DNA from: Mustelus asterias
Taxonomy: Eukaryota
Length of the DNA: 64,000 nucleotides
Direction: 5' to 3'
NCBI RefSeq assembly: GCF_964213995.1
Contig: NW_027590141.1
Location: forward strand, 682,001 to 746,000
A program made the translations under genes and the position numbers. Below, piece after piece: positions 1-12,257 of this stretch (positions are counted from its first letter, which is position 1; each line of letters opens with the position of its first letter). A model generated the notes under the pieces. That model ran no database searches, was not told the DNA's origin, and was given only the letters and a program-made list of their open reading frames with translations.

Positions 1-1019
1 TGTCTCAGCAGATGGGATGACTGAGTGAATCCCTTCCCACACACAGAGCAGGAGAACGGTTTCTCCCCGGTGTGAATGCGCCGGTGTTTCAGCAGACTGG
101 ATGAATCACTGAATCCCTTCCCACACTCCGAGCAGCCGAGCGGCCTCTCCCCAGTGTGAATTCTCTGGTGTACGGTGAGCTGAGATGATTTCCTGAATCC
201 AGTCCCACAACGAGAGCATCTGAACGGTCTCTCGTCAGTGTGAATACGTTGATGGGTCACCAGTTCCCCAGAACTTTTAAAGCACTTCCCACAATCCAGG
301 CATTTAAATGGTCTCTCGTCAGAGTGAACCCGTTGATGGGATGTTAGTTCCACAGAACTTTTAAAGCACTTCTCACAGTTCAGGCATTTAAAAGGTCTCT
401 CATCAGTGTGAACTCGCTGATGTTTCAGTAGGTGAGATGACTGAGTGAATCCCTTCCCACACACAGAGCAGGTAAATGGTTTCTCCCCAGTGTGGATTCG
501 CTGGTGTTTCAGCAGATCAGATAACTGAATGAATCCATTCCCACACTCGGAGCAGGTAAATGATCTCTCTCCAGTGTGAATTCGCTGATGTGTCATCAGG
601 TGGGATGACTGAGTGAATCCCTTCCAACACACAGAGCAGGTGAATGGCCTTTCCCCAGTGTGACCACGTTGGTGTCCTAACAGATTGGATAACTGAGTGA
701 ATCCCTTCCCACGCTCAGAACATGTGAATGGTCTCTCCCCATTGTGATCTCGCTGGTGTTTTAGCAGACTGGATGACTGAGTGAATCCCTTCCCACACTG
801 AGGGCAGGTGAATGGTCTCTCCCCAGTGTGACTGCGTCGATGAGTTTCCAGGTCAGATGGATAACTAAACGCTTTCCCACAATCCCCACATTTCCACAGC
901 TTCTCCCCAGTGTGACTGTGCTTGTGTCTCGACAGGCTGGATGATCGACTGAAGCCTTGTCCACACACACAACACGTGTATGGTTTCTCCTCACTGTGAA
1001 CAGTGCTTTTTCCTTCCAT
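1..1019 (-). CDS. C2H2 zinc-finger protein (MEGK-type), about 12 fingers, runs off the window start
   Basis: Manual translation from ATG 1019: [70 protein letters not shown]...; 84-nt periodicity down to base 1; putative acceptor tttcacAG at 1129-1130. Confidence 0.85.
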   Translation of the reverse strand, partial: MEGKSTVHSEEKPYTCCVCGQGFSRSSSLSRHKHSHTGEKLWKCGDCGKAFSYPSDLETHRRSHTGERPFTCPQCGKGFTQSSSLLKHQRDHNGERPFTCSERGKGFTQLSNLLGHQRGHTGERPFTCSVCWKGFTQSSHLMTHQRIHTGERSFTCSECGNGFIQLSDLLKHQRIHTGEKPFTCSVCGKGFTQSSHLLKHQRVHTDERPFKCLNCEKCFKSSVELTSHQRVHSDERPFKCLDCGKCFKSSGELVTHQRIHTDERPFRCSRCGTGFRKSSQLTVHQRIHTGERPLGCSECGKGFSDSSSLLKHRRIHTGEKPFSCSVCGKGFTQSSHLLR

Positions 1020-1189
1020 ATTTAATATTCAATGATATTCAAGTTACGATAAATGATACACCTCTGTCAGCTCCTGGTGTGATGTTTGGTTTCAGTTTCC
1101 TGACTGTAAATCCTCCTCTTCTAAAACCCTGTGAAATTGATTTAAAACAAAAACACAGAAGTGAGAGAGAACCCACAAAAACTCAAAGG

Positions 1190-1330
1190 CAGCTTGTGAA
1201 ATTGAGCTGAATGAATCTGGTAATTTGTCTGATACTAATGAACAGTGCTGGATTATCATAAAAACCCAACTGATTCACTAATGTCCATCAGGGAAAGGAA
1301 CCTACCACCCAGTCTGGGTCTGTACAGACT
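1190..1330 (+). mobile_element. Old tRNA-SINE central-domain fragment in ZNF intron (homologs at about 13280-13430 and 7540-7670)
   Basis: aaaaacccaactgattcactaatgtccatcagggaaaggaacc resembles the core of the SINE at 11135-11430. Confidence 0.5.
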
Positions 1331-1571
1331 CAGGCCTCTACTTAAGGAGAGTTCAAGACAGTGGGAGAGAACGGGGAGTAATGCAAGAGGTGAGGTTGTG
1401 GGGGGATGGGGGAGGTGCTGGTGATGGCAGGAGGAGAGGGATTTTACACATCTATAACTCAGCTGGAGCTTTGACAGAATCTCCCAAACCCTCAACTTCC
1501 ACCACCTGGAAGGACCAGGATCACAAGTGTGAATGAACACCTCGAAATTCACCTTCAAGTCTCACACACTT

Positions 1572-1650
1572 GGGGATTTTCACAGTAACTTCATCGCAGT
1601 GTTAATATAAACCTACTCGTGACATGATAAACTTTTTAAAAAAACTTTAA
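1572..1650 (+). mobile_element. Solo 3' tail of a second SINE family (also 18541-18605 and 55321-55393)
   Basis: tttcacagtaacttcat(t/c)gcagtgttaat...gtgac...ataaacttt is shared by three loci. Confidence 0.55.
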
Positions 1651-1889
1651 ACACACTGTTCTGACTTGTCTGCCATCCAGTCCTGGATGAACAGATATTT
1701 TATATATTGGGAAGACTGAAGTCACTGGTTTCAGTCTTTGCTACAAACTTCACTCCCCAGCCACCGACTCCATCTCTCTCCCTGATAATTGTCCGAGGCT
1801 GAACATGATTGTTCACAACCATGGTGACATGTTTCACCTCAAGAATTAGGAGTCGGCCATTCGGTCCATCAGGTCTTTCACCTCTGTCA

Positions 1890-2008
1890 CTGTTTCAAGT
1901 CTGGATGACCGTTCTCCAAACAGTCATTCAGACTCGAAACGTTGGCTCTATTCTCTCTCCAAAGATGCTGTCAGACATGCTGAGATTTTCCAGCACTTTG
2001 TTTTTTGT
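1890..2008 (+). mobile_element. Penelope-like family B pLTR fragment with short inverted piece
   Basis: gactcgaaacgttggctctattctctctcc...gatgctgtcagac...gctgagattttccagca; reverse complement of the copies at 23305, 32805, 35898 and 44905. Confidence 0.6.
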
Positions 2009-2199
2009 TAAACATTCACTTGATTGCAGTTTGCTGTGGGTAAATCCTCCCCTTTTAACCCATGTAAAATAAGTTTCCAAAACCCATCACTCTCAGTCCA
2101 GGATAGAAATTCACAACATTGTGTCTGCCTGCTTTCCGGCTCAGGATTACTTAAGCTGGGACACATTTTCATTGGAAGCAGATGAGAAAATGTTCACTA

Positions 2200-3312
2200 G
2201 CCTGACTCCTGTGATGAGGGGGTTTGGCTTCTGAGGAAAGGTGGAACAGGTTGGGTCTTTACCCATTGGAATTCAGAAGAATGAGAGGTGATCTTGGTGA
2301 AGCATATTAGATCCTGGGGGAGCTTGACCGGGTAGATTCTGAGAGGATGTTTCCCCTCATGGGGTAATATCGAATTATGGAACAGTTGAAAATAAGAGGT
2401 CTCTCAGTTTACACCATGAGGAGAAACGTATTCTCTATGAAGATCATTAGTCTTTGGAAATCCCTTCTCCAGTAAGTAGGAGGCTTGGCCATTGAATACA
2501 TTTAAGGCTGTGTTAAGCTCATAAGATATTGGAGCAGAATTAGGCCATTCGGCCCATCGAGTCTGCTCCGCCATTCGACCATGGCTGATATGCTCCTCAT
2601 TCCCATTTTCCTGCCTTCTCCCCATAACCAATTAAAAATCTGTCTAACTCCTCCTTAAATTTACTCACTGTCCCAGCATCCACCGCACTTCAGGGTAGCG
2701 AATTCCAGATTCACAACCCTTTGGGAGAAGTAGTTTCTCCTCAACTCTGTTTTAAATTTGCTGCCCCTTATCCTAAGACTATAAGCTCTTGTCCTAGAAT
2801 GCCCCACAAGAGGAAGCATCCGCTCCACGTCTACTTTATCCATACCTTTTATCATCTTGTACACCTCAATTTGATCTCCCCTCATTCTTCTAAATTCCAG
2901 AGAGTATAGGCCTATATCTCTTCATACGACAAACCCGTCATCTCTGGAATCAATCTAGTGAACCTCCCCTGAACTGCCTCCAATGCCACGACATCTTTCC
3001 TCAAATAAAGGGACCAAAACTATGCACAATACTTCAGGTGTGGTCTCACCAATGCCTTGTATAGTTCCTTACATTTATATTCTAATCCTTTAGCTATAAA
3101 TGCCAACATTCCATTCACTTTCTTTACAATCTGCTGTTCCTGCATGCTGGTTTCCTGTGACTGGTGAATGAGGACACCCAGATCCTTCTGCACTGGAGCA
3201 CCCCGAAGTCGCTCCCCATTTAGATAATAAATCGCCTTCCCAACACTCCAGCCCAGGCAACATGCTGGTGACTCTCCTCTGCACTCTTTCCAGTGCAATC
3301 ACATCCTTCCTA
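2200..3312. mobile_element. CR1 LINE fragments: plus-strand piece (about 2200-2520) and minus-strand 3' end (2521-3312)
   Basis: RT C-terminal peptides RGDxIEVYKMIKG, LYKALVRPHLKYC, LERVQRR. Confidence 0.8.
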
Positions 3313-3887
3313 TCGTGTTCCTCAGTGTTCCTCTGTCTGTCTGATTCTGTCAGTTGATGTTTCTGAGATTCACCTTGGGACACTCTCCTACATTAAAGTT
3401 CTGATATAAATGAAAGTTATTTTTAAATCACATTGTAACAGATTGGGGAAGTCAGGATTAAAACAATATCTGGGTAAATGGAGTTTGGTCACAGATCAGC
3501 CGTGACCCCAGTCAATAAGAGAACAGGCTCAAGGGGGATAAATGATTTCCTCCTGTTCCCAATAAACTTGGGCTCAAACACCAGCTGATGAATGGAAAGT
3601 AATGGGAGAACTGGGGGGGAAGACACTTCACCAGGAACCAGCGATGGAGCAGAGTTAAAGAGTAGGACAGTCCTGTGGACAGACTACTCAGGAAATGGAA
3701 TAGATTGTTCAGCCCTTCAAGTCTGCTCTGTTATTCAATTAGACCCTGGTTGATCCATTAGTCTATCTGAACTTGAACAAATACCTGAATTGTTAACTCA
3801 AGCTGGTTACAGCAATTATTAACAGCAGCAGAAACACACCATAGCTATCAGAATGCACATGGGTCAGTGCAGGATGTGATTACCTGT

Positions 3888-4394
3888 TCAATAACTGGGG
3901 AATCTGCCTCCAGAAGACTTGTGAACTCGCTGGTGTCTCATTAGGTTTTGTGACTGAGTGAATCTGTTCCCACATATGGAGCAGGTGAACGGCCTCTCCC
4001 CGGTGTGAACTCGCTGGTGTATCAGGAGATCAGATGAGTTAGTGAATCCCTTCCCACACACGGAGCAGGTGAAAGGCCTTTCCCCAGTGTGAGCACGCTT
4101 GTGTTTCAGCAGGTGAGATGAACTGCTGAATCCCTTCATACACACAGAGCAGGTGAATGGCCGCTCCCCAGTGTGAAGTCGCTGGTGAGTGCGAAGGTTG
4201 AACATTCGACTAAAACTCTTTCCACACACGGTGCAGATGAACAGACTCTTCCCAGTGTGGCTGCGCTGATGAGCTTCCAGCTGGGATGGAGAACTGAATT
4301 CCTTCCCACAGTCCCCACATTTCCATGGGTTCTCTATGGTGTAGATGTCCTCGTGTCTCTCCAGGTTGGATGATTTAGTGTGTGTATATTTCAA
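3888..4394 (-). CDS. C2H2 zinc-finger ORF, 5 fingers; canonical ATG mutated to ATA (possible pseudogene)
   Basis: [28 protein letters not shown] plus 4 fingers with TGERPF-type linkers; acceptor tttacAG near 4401. Confidence 0.65.
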   Translation of the reverse strand: MKYTHTKSSNLERHEDIYTIENPWKCGDCGKEFSSPSQLEAHQRSHTGKSLFICTVCGKSFSRMFNLRTHQRLHTGERPFTCSVCMKGFSSSSHLLKHKRAHTGERPFTCSVCGKGFTNSSDLLIHQRVHTGERPFTCSICGNRFTQSQNLMRHQRVHKSSGGRFPSY

Positions 4395-5639
4395 ATATCC
4401 TGTAAAAGGAGTTTAGAAACATCATGATCAATACAAGATAGAAATTCAGAACAGACATTTCTACTTTCTGTGGAACATCGTTTCCTCACTTGTTCCTGTG
4501 AAGCAGTAAATCCTCATCCTGAACACTTTCCCCCCTCCCTGTCCTGCAACCAACTCCCACATTGAACAACCATCTCATATTTCAATGGATTGTCCCGTGT
4601 TTGAGTCCAGTGTGCCAGGCTGCATGGCGTATGGGCGCTGTTTCACCCGTAAGATGGATCTGTGCAGCACCCTCTTCCAACTGTTCTGGCTGCCAACCAG
4701 CCCCTGTCCACCCACGCAGTTCCAGCAGCACCGCACACAATACTGCTCACCTGCTCCAACAGACTCATGAAGGATGTCCTTTCATTTTCTCAGAGAGTTG
4801 GTCAGCCTGGCAAACCCAGTGTGAAATATCTTCACAAATCTTTTCTCCCACCCTCTGTCTCGGTGCTTTTCCAGTCACACTGATGTTTGAAATCTTTTCC
4901 CACAGACAGAACAGAGAAACATTTCTCCTCCCGCATTCAAAGGTTGAGAGTGTTCATGTGCTGATAAATCGAGCAACTGTGAAATATTAGTAAGAATTTT
5001 GATTTGAGTTTCCTGTCTGTAAAACTTCCACTTCAAATATTCTGCAAAAGAAGTTTACAAAATCACTGTCAGTATAGGAAAAAAAATCAAAACAGACAAT
5101 TCTTATTTCTCTGGATCATTTTTTCCTCCCTTGTTCCCCCAAATCAGTAAATCCCCGTCCCACACACTCTCCCTCCTCCCTGGGCTGAAATCCAAACCCA
5201 TCTCACCACTTCTTTCCTCCACTCCCAGTTTTCTCCCTCCCTCTCCTCTGGGTTCAGTTCTCCAGCTCCTGTCTGCAGACTGACAATAAAACCAATGGGT
5301 CTTATTGGGAGTGTTGGGGTCTCCAGCGGGTGTTTGTGAATCCTCCCCGCCCACCTCCCAGGGTTTCCTTCCTTCCCAGAGATCAGAGTCCTCATTGATT
5401 TGAGGCCAAAGTGTAACCTCTTATTTATTGTCCCCCTCCCCCATCCTCTGATGTGAACCATCCTCCAGTGGCTGAGCCAGGATGGGGCCGTTAACCTGGG
5501 CCTGTTCCCGGGAGGGAGGGAGGGAGAAGCCCCGCAGCTGCAAACCAGGGAGCTGACAATGATTCTGAAGGGTTTGCGGATCCACAAAGTGTTTCCAAAT
5601 CCTCCCAGCCACCGCCTAACGCTGACTCCGCTTCTCCGG

Positions 5640-6140
5640 GACAAAGGACTCTCGCTCCCGAGGAGAACAAAGGAATTGCGCATGCTCCACATTCAGATCG
5701 CGTGTCCGGCCTCATCAGCCTGACCGGACTGCGCATGTGCCAGATCACAATGACGGCAGCTCCGGACCAATAGGAGGAGGAGGGCGGGTCTGGAGGACCG
5801 CGGGGGAGCAGTTGGTCCTCCAACCATTCAGGGTGAAAGAGGGGCTCCGACTGAAGCATGCGCATTACGGGTAATGGCGACGGCGAATGCTTATTACCTG
5901 GGATCCATAATTTGTCAGCGGAAAATCGCCGATCGGTGGGTACGATTGAACCGGCGAGTGGACGGGAAGGCTTCGTAAACAGGTTGTGCGGATCTGTGAA
6001 CTCCCCCCAAAATTCTCCGGTTACATCGAGCGGGTCAAAGATCCCTGAGACCGGCCCGTGCGTTAACGGCCTCCATCTTTATTGGGGGCAATGTGCGGCA
6101 GTGCGCATGGGTGATCGCCATCTTTGTAGGGGGCAATATT
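5640..6140. promoter_or_regulatory. CpG-rich, probably bidirectional promoter between ZNF 3888(-) and 7818(+)
   Basis: NRF1-like TGCGCATG repeats, CCAAT 5767, GC box, YY1-like AATGGCG and CGCCATCTT; paralogous to 56800-57320. Confidence 0.65.
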
Positions 6141-6259
6141 GTCAATGACTGGGAGGGGCTTGTTCCCCATTGTTCAGAATGGAGACAACTTGTCCATCAA
6201 ACTGCATCAACCCTCTGAGTCCCAATGTCTTGTTGATGAGGCAGAGCGGTGGCAGAGAA

Positions 6260-7290
6260 GGAAAGAAATCACAAGATGCTTTATAAATATTTTAAGGGCA
6301 AGAAGGTAATCAGGGAAAGAGTAAGTAGGTTGGTAGGTTAGGAATCAATTGCCCATTCGGCAACCTGGGTGTGGAGCCGGAAGATGTATTTGAGGTATTA
6401 AATGAGTATTTTGCATCTGTGTTCACTGTGTGGAAGGACAATGTTGGTACAGAAAGCAGGGATGGGTGTGTGATAGAATTGAACAGATTGTCATTTGTGG
6501 TGTGGTAAATAGCGAGGAGGACAACCTTGGATTGCAGGGTGATACAGACAGGCTGGTCAGGTGGGCAGAACAGTGGCAAATGGAACTTAACCCTGAAAAG
6601 TATGAAGTGATTAATTTTGCGAGGATAAGGCCAGGGAATATAAAGGACCAGAGGGACATTGGGGAGCATTCCCAATTATCCCTGAAGCCAGCAGGACAGG
6701 TAGATTAGGTGGTTATGTTGGAGCTGTATAAACACTTGTTACTCATAACTCGAGTCCTGTGTGCTGTTCTGTTTAGAACGCTATAGGAAGGATGTGATTG
6801 CATCAGAGAGAGTGCAGAGGAGATTCACCAGGATGTTGCCTGGGCTGGACCATTTCAACTATGAAGAGTGGCTGGTTAGGCTGAGGTTGTTTTCCTTAGA
6901 GCAGAGAAGGCTGAGGGGTGACCTGACTGAGGTGTACAAGATTATGAGGAATATAAATCAGGTAAATTGAAAGGAACTTTTCCCCTTAGTAGAGGGGTCA
7001 ATAACCAGGGAGATAGATTTAAGTTAAGGGGCAGGAGGTTTAGAGTGGAGTGGAGGAATAACCTTTCACGCAGAGGGTGATGGGAATCTGGAACTCGCTG
7101 TCTGAAAGGATGGTAGAGGCAAAAACCCTCACAATATTTAAGAAGCATTTAGATGAGCAGGTGAAACACCACAGTATTCAAGGCTATGAACCAATTACTG
7201 GAAATGGGATTAGGATAGATAGGTGCTTGCTGGCTGGCACAGACATGATGGGCCAAAGGGCCTCTTTCTGCACTGTAGAACTGTATGATG
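6260..7290 (+). mobile_element. Degenerate CR1 LINE 3' portion
   Basis: LVRWAEQWQMELNPEK, ERVQRRFTRMLPGL, WNSLSERMVEA. Confidence 0.8.
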
Positions 7291-7817
7291 CTAAATGGAG
7301 GGAATTTCTGTGCATCCAGAATAAGATGCCAGATAAGTCAGGGTGATGTGTGACTTGAAGGGAAATTTGGAGGGATGATGTTCACATACACCGACTACCC
7401 TGGTCCTCCTCGGTGCTGGAGGTTGGTTTATTTGTAAGTAAATAAAATTCCCTCCCGTCACCCCATGCCGCTCCACTTCTCACCCTCTCCCTCCCCTCCC
7501 ATAGAGAAGAGCCTGGTGTAAGTCCAGACAAGGTGGTAGGTTCCCCTACCAGTGAACCAGTTGAGTTTTTCACAACAATGTCAGTTTTCATGGTCACATT
7601 TTTCTCGTATCTGCCCCACAAATGACCAAATTTGTTCAGCTCAATTTCACAGCCTGCTTTTGTGGCTTGTCTCTCATTCCCTTTTCTCTCTTTTGAAATA
7701 ATTTCACATGGCAATTGGAAGGAAGGATTTGCAGTTGGAAAACTCAAACTAAACATCCCATCAGAATCTGATGGAGTCACTCAATTTATCCAAACCTGAA
7801 ATCATTGGGTTGTAAAC

Positions 7818-8700
7818 ATGGAAGGAGAAAGTACCATTCACTGTGGGGAGAAACCGTACATGTGTTGTGTGGAAACTCATCAGTGCGTTCCCACTGGGGA
7901 GAGGCCATTTACCTGCACCGAGTGTGGGAAGAGCTTCGCAAATTCAACCAACCTGCTGAGACACCAGCTCGTTCACACCGGGGAGAGGCCGTTCACTTGC
8001 ACTGAATGTGGGAAGGGATTCACTCATTCATCATATCTGTTGAGACACCAACCAGTTCACACTGCAGAGAGACCTTTTAAATACACAGACTGTGGGAAAG
8101 GCTACAAAAGTTCTGGGGAACCAATACGCCATCAACATGTTTCACACTGACACGAGACCGTTCTCACTGTGGGAGTAGGTTCACACAATCATCCGACCTC
8201 ACTGTACACCAGTGGATTCACACTGGGGAGAGGCCGATCACCTGCAAAGAGTGTGGGAAGGGATTTGCTCAGATGTCCACTCTGCTGACACACCAGTGGA
8301 TTCACACTGGGAAGAGACCATTCACCTGCCCTGTGTGTGGGAAGGGATTCATTAATTCATCCAACTTGCTGAGGCACCAACACGTTCACACTGGGGAGAG
8401 GCCGTTCACTTGCACGGAGTGTGGGAAGGGATTCACTAATTCATCCCACCTGCTGACGCACCAGCAAGTTCACACTGACGAGATTGAACTGCGGGAAGTG
8501 CAACAAAAGTTCCAGGGAACTGCTGTCCCATCAACAAATCCACACTGACTAGAGATGATTCAAGTGTTGTCATTTTTGGTCTGAGTTCAGGTAATCTCAT
8601 CTCACTGTACACCAGTGCATTGACACTGAGGAGAGAATGTTCACTTCCTCTGAATGTGGGAAAGGAGTCACTCATTCGTCTCATCCACTGAGACCCAGTG
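7818..8700 (+). pseudogene. Frameshifted C2H2 ZNF pseudogene (MEGE-type)
   Basis: Finger repeats split across ORFs 7818-8150 and 8273-8548, with deletions, stops and lost Cys residues. Confidence 0.8.
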
Positions 8701-9074
8701 ATTTCAGAAATAAATCAGAAATACACTGATTGTATTTTACTTTTAATCACAGCCACTACTGAACCATATTCTTTGGGGTCTGTTTCTACTACTGATGATA
8801 AACTCCAGGCCAGTTATGTTTTTAATCTTCTGGTTAAAAGTTAAATAAATCAGCTGTATGTTAAGCTGAGTGTCAATCTTTTTGATATCTACAACATGTT
8901 AGGAGGTTTTGAGGTGCTCTGCCCATTCCCTCTTTCCTGCATCCTCACGTCCAATAATAAGTGTAAGCAGCTCATATAACTTCAAGATTGTGAACTCGCA
9001 ATGAACTACCTCCACTATTTCCAACAGCCCACCAGAAAAAACCTGCCTCTAAAGTTCCTCATTGACTGAGCCCT

Positions 9075-9419
9075 GACACGGTAGCACAGTGGTTCGCACT
9101 GCTGCTTCACAGCTCCAGGGACCTGGGTTCGATTCCCAGCTTGGGTCACTGCCTGTGTGGAGTTTGCACATTCTCCTCGTGTCTGCGTGGGTTTCCTCCG
9201 GGTGCTCCGGTTTCCTCCCACAGTCCAAAGATGTGCGGGTTAGGTTGATTGGCCATGCTAAAATTGCTCCTTAGTGTCCTGAGATGTGTAGATTAGAGGG
9301 ATTAGCGGGTAAAATATGTAGGGATATGGGGGTAGGGCCTGGGTGGGATTGTGGTCGGTGCAGACTTGATGGGCCGAATGGCCTCTTTCTGTACTGTAGG
9401 GTTTCTATGATTTCTATGA
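9075..9419 (+). mobile_element. HE1-type V-SINE, near full length
   Basis: tRNA-like head (cacagtggtt..gcact, ggttcgattccc), V-domain gggtttcctccgggtgctccggtttcctcccaca, (ttctatga) tail. Confidence 0.9.
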
Positions 9420-9599
9420 ACCTGCATCTTTTTCTGGGTTTTCTCACCATTTAATTGGGACTGTCAATGGTGGTGTTTTTACCCATCATTCCCCTGGTTG
9501 AGACCCCTATCCACAGCTCAGGAGAGCAGTGGGCAGGCCTGGTTCTGCCCTGTCTTTGGAACATCCGCAGTGTCAGCCATGATTATGAACAGACACTTT

Positions 9600-9860
9600 T
9601 CTCTCGGATCCACGATGGGTAAAGGGGGGATGGCGGGCGCAATGGATCTGTGGGTGGACGAGATTCTCCGGAAACACGTTGTGTAAATCGCAGACCCCAA
9701 ATGAGAAGCTACCGAGTGGACACGAGTGGATTTATCCTGGTGACAAAGCTGGAGCAGGAGGAGAGAATGTTGTGAATTTCTATCCTGGATGGATTTCGGA
9801 AACTCCTTTTACAGGGGGTTAGAAGAGGAGGATTTACACATGGCAATCTCAAAATAAAGG
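9600..9860 (+). pseudogene. Orphan ZNF 5' module (leader, intron and acceptor) without fingers
   Basis: gaatttctatcctgg...ccttttacAG ggggttagaagaggaggatttaca matches the acceptor module of the intact ZNF genes. Confidence 0.5.
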
Positions 9861-9871
9861 TTCATCTCTAC

Positions 9872-10124
9872 AGGATGGTACAGTGGTTAGCACTGCTGCC
9901 TCACTGTCTGTGAGGAGTTTGCACATTCCACCTGTGACTTTAGGGGTTTTCTCCAGGTGCTCTGCTTTCCTCCCACAGTCAAAAGATGTGCAGGTTAGAG
10001 GATTAGCAGGGTAAATGTGTGCAGTTGCTGGCGGTGGGCCTGTGTAAGATACTCTTTTGCAGAGTCAGTGCAGACTCGATGGGCTGAATGGCCTCCTTCT
10101 ACACTGTAGGGGATTCTATGATTC
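9872..10124 (+). mobile_element. Degenerate HE1-type SINE
   Basis: Head, V-domain and ctatgatt tail recognisable with deletions. Confidence 0.75.
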
Positions 10125-10230
10125 TTTGGATACAGGTCTTCAAATGGGATGGACAGGTAGATATGGACAGAATGTTTCCACTGAGACATGAATACACAGT
10201 AAATAGTAGTAAATCCAATCACTAAAACCC

Positions 10231-10480
10231 AGACACCAAATCCAGGGACCACTTACACCCAGACACCAAATCCAGAGACCACTAACATTGAGACACCAAA
10301 TCCAGGGACCACTGACACCAAGACACCAAATCCAGGGACAACTTACACCCAGACACCAAATACAGGGACCACCTATACCGGAACACCAAACCCAGGGACC
10401 ACTTACACTGAGACGTCAAATCCAAGGACCACTTACACCGAGATACCAAATCCATGAGATCATTTACACTGAGACAGCAA
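10231..10480. repeat. Minisatellite, 30-bp unit, about 8 copies
   Basis: agacaccaaatccagggaccacttacaccc repeating at 10231, 10261 ... 10441. Confidence 0.95.
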
Positions 10481-11134
10481 ATTTAAGCAATAATAAAAGG
10501 ACATCTAAGCAAGCAGCCAATGCCACAATAAAATAAAGCTGCTTACAAACTGCGGAGAACATGTTTTTAAAAAATACATTTCTTAAAGGCACATTAGCGT
10601 CACTTTCTTGAAAACATAAAGGGTGCAATCTTCCCCAACAAAAATTCTATTTCTCAAAAGAGTCTGACGAGTTTGGCACTGCAATCTTCCCAAACTCTGT
10701 CGATTTCTTTAGCAATTGGGAGATTTGTGTCCATGGGGGAGCGGGTGGTGTAGAGCTTTTGCATGCCAGGGAAACCATCAAAATCAACTATGACAATTGC
10801 AAAGATCAGAACATTTCAAAGGCTCTCACATGCAGTACGTGTGGTGGAGTTTTAATAAACAAGATTCCAAGAGAGTTGATTGATCCAGAAAATAACAGAT
10901 TTCTTCTGCAATATAATTCTACAATGGGTGGTTCACAAGAACTCCAGATGTGTGTAAAGTGAAACATTACAGGTCAATTTGTCACACCCAAACAGAACAC
11001 TCAAACAGAAGAAGCCTGTGGTTTCTTTTCTTCTTCTCCTGTCTGAGAGAAGAAGCAAAAACCGTGTTAAATACTAATCTCTGAGTTAGATATCCAGGTC
11101 AAAGCTTCTGGTGTAAGATTTCTTATGAGTTTCG

Positions 11135-11430
11135 GGGCAGCCAGTGGCGAAGTAATATTGAACAAGTAATCCAGAAACGCAAAGTCATGTTCTGGGGATC
11201 TGGGTTCGAATGCCACCATGGCAGACGGTGGAATTTGAATTCAATAACAAAAAAAATCCAGAAATAAACTTTTAATGAAACCATTGCCGATCGTCATACA
11301 AAACTCAAGTCCTTTAGGAAAGGAAATCTGCCACCCTTACCCGGTATGTTCCACGTGTGACTCCAGATCCATAGCAATGTGGGTCTTTAAATGGTCCAGC
11401 AAACCATTCAGTTCAAGGGCAATTAGGGTT
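11135..11430 (+). mobile_element. tRNA-derived SINE with conserved central domain and L2-like tail (superfamily tentative); pieces also at 26775-26945, 53325-53395, 56200-56300
   Basis: B-box ggttcgaat, ggtggaatttgaattcaat, ggaaatctgcc, gtgactccag, gggcaattaggg. Confidence 0.6.
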
Positions 11431-11780
11431 GAGCAATGAGTATGGACAGAGTAAATAGTCAGAAACTGGTTCCACTCAAGAGAGCACCAAGAACTAGGGC
11501 ACAGATTCAAAGTATTTAGCAAAGGAGTAAGAGTGATGTGAGTAAAAATGTTTCACTCAGAGGTGGGTTGGAGTCTGGAACAAATTCACTGAGAAGGTCG
11601 TGGAGGCAGGTTCTATCGAGGTATTGAAAAGAAAATTAGATTGCTATCCAAAAAGAAAGAATGTGCAATGTTACGGGAATAAGGCAGGGAAGTAGCACTG
11701 GGTACAATGCCCTTTCAGAGACCCAGGACAGACTCAATGGGCTGAATGGTGTCCTTCTGCACTGTGAGGATTCTGTGTTT
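11430..11780 (+). mobile_element. CR1 LINE 3' fragment
   Basis: ttcactcagagg...ctggaac and gggctgaatgg..ccttctgcactgt tail. Confidence 0.65.
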
Positions 11781-12257
11781 CTGTCAGCACAGACCCCACA
11801 TCATCAGCATTGGAACTGAAACTCCCATCATTACATCAACACCAGAACCACGATGAATTTCAGAAAACTGGGAAATCTTCCAAAAGGCAATGACACTAAC
11901 ATCAGGTGGGTTTAATCAAGCACCCAATGTCTTCAATAGATTGATAGGATTGATGAAAGTTCAGAGTTTAATCCGGAAGAAGATGAATCAGAGAACAGAA
12001 ATAATCTTGAGTAAGAAAAGGCCCAAATAATGGCACTGTCAAAAACAGGAGATCAATCATTCTCCTCTTATTATTGGAGAAATCCAAAACACTGTGTTTG
12101 AATCAAAGCTGATTTAATCAACATTTACAAACAACATCACTGCACACACCAGCTTTCATGCTTATTAATATCAGCAGCAACAAACTCCAACTGTCAGAAT
12201 GAACATGGTTCAGTCCTGGATGCGATTAACAGCAGATTCTAAATCCAATCCCTTCCG

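Noticed and set aside
9075-9145. tRNA genes
   Set aside because: A/B-box sequences are SINE heads continuing into V-domains; no complete cloverleaf.
10621-10732. Possible MITE with imperfect TIRs, and a CTGACGA at about 10664
   Set aside because: TIR match too weak, no TSD, and no stem II plus GAAA for a hammerhead.
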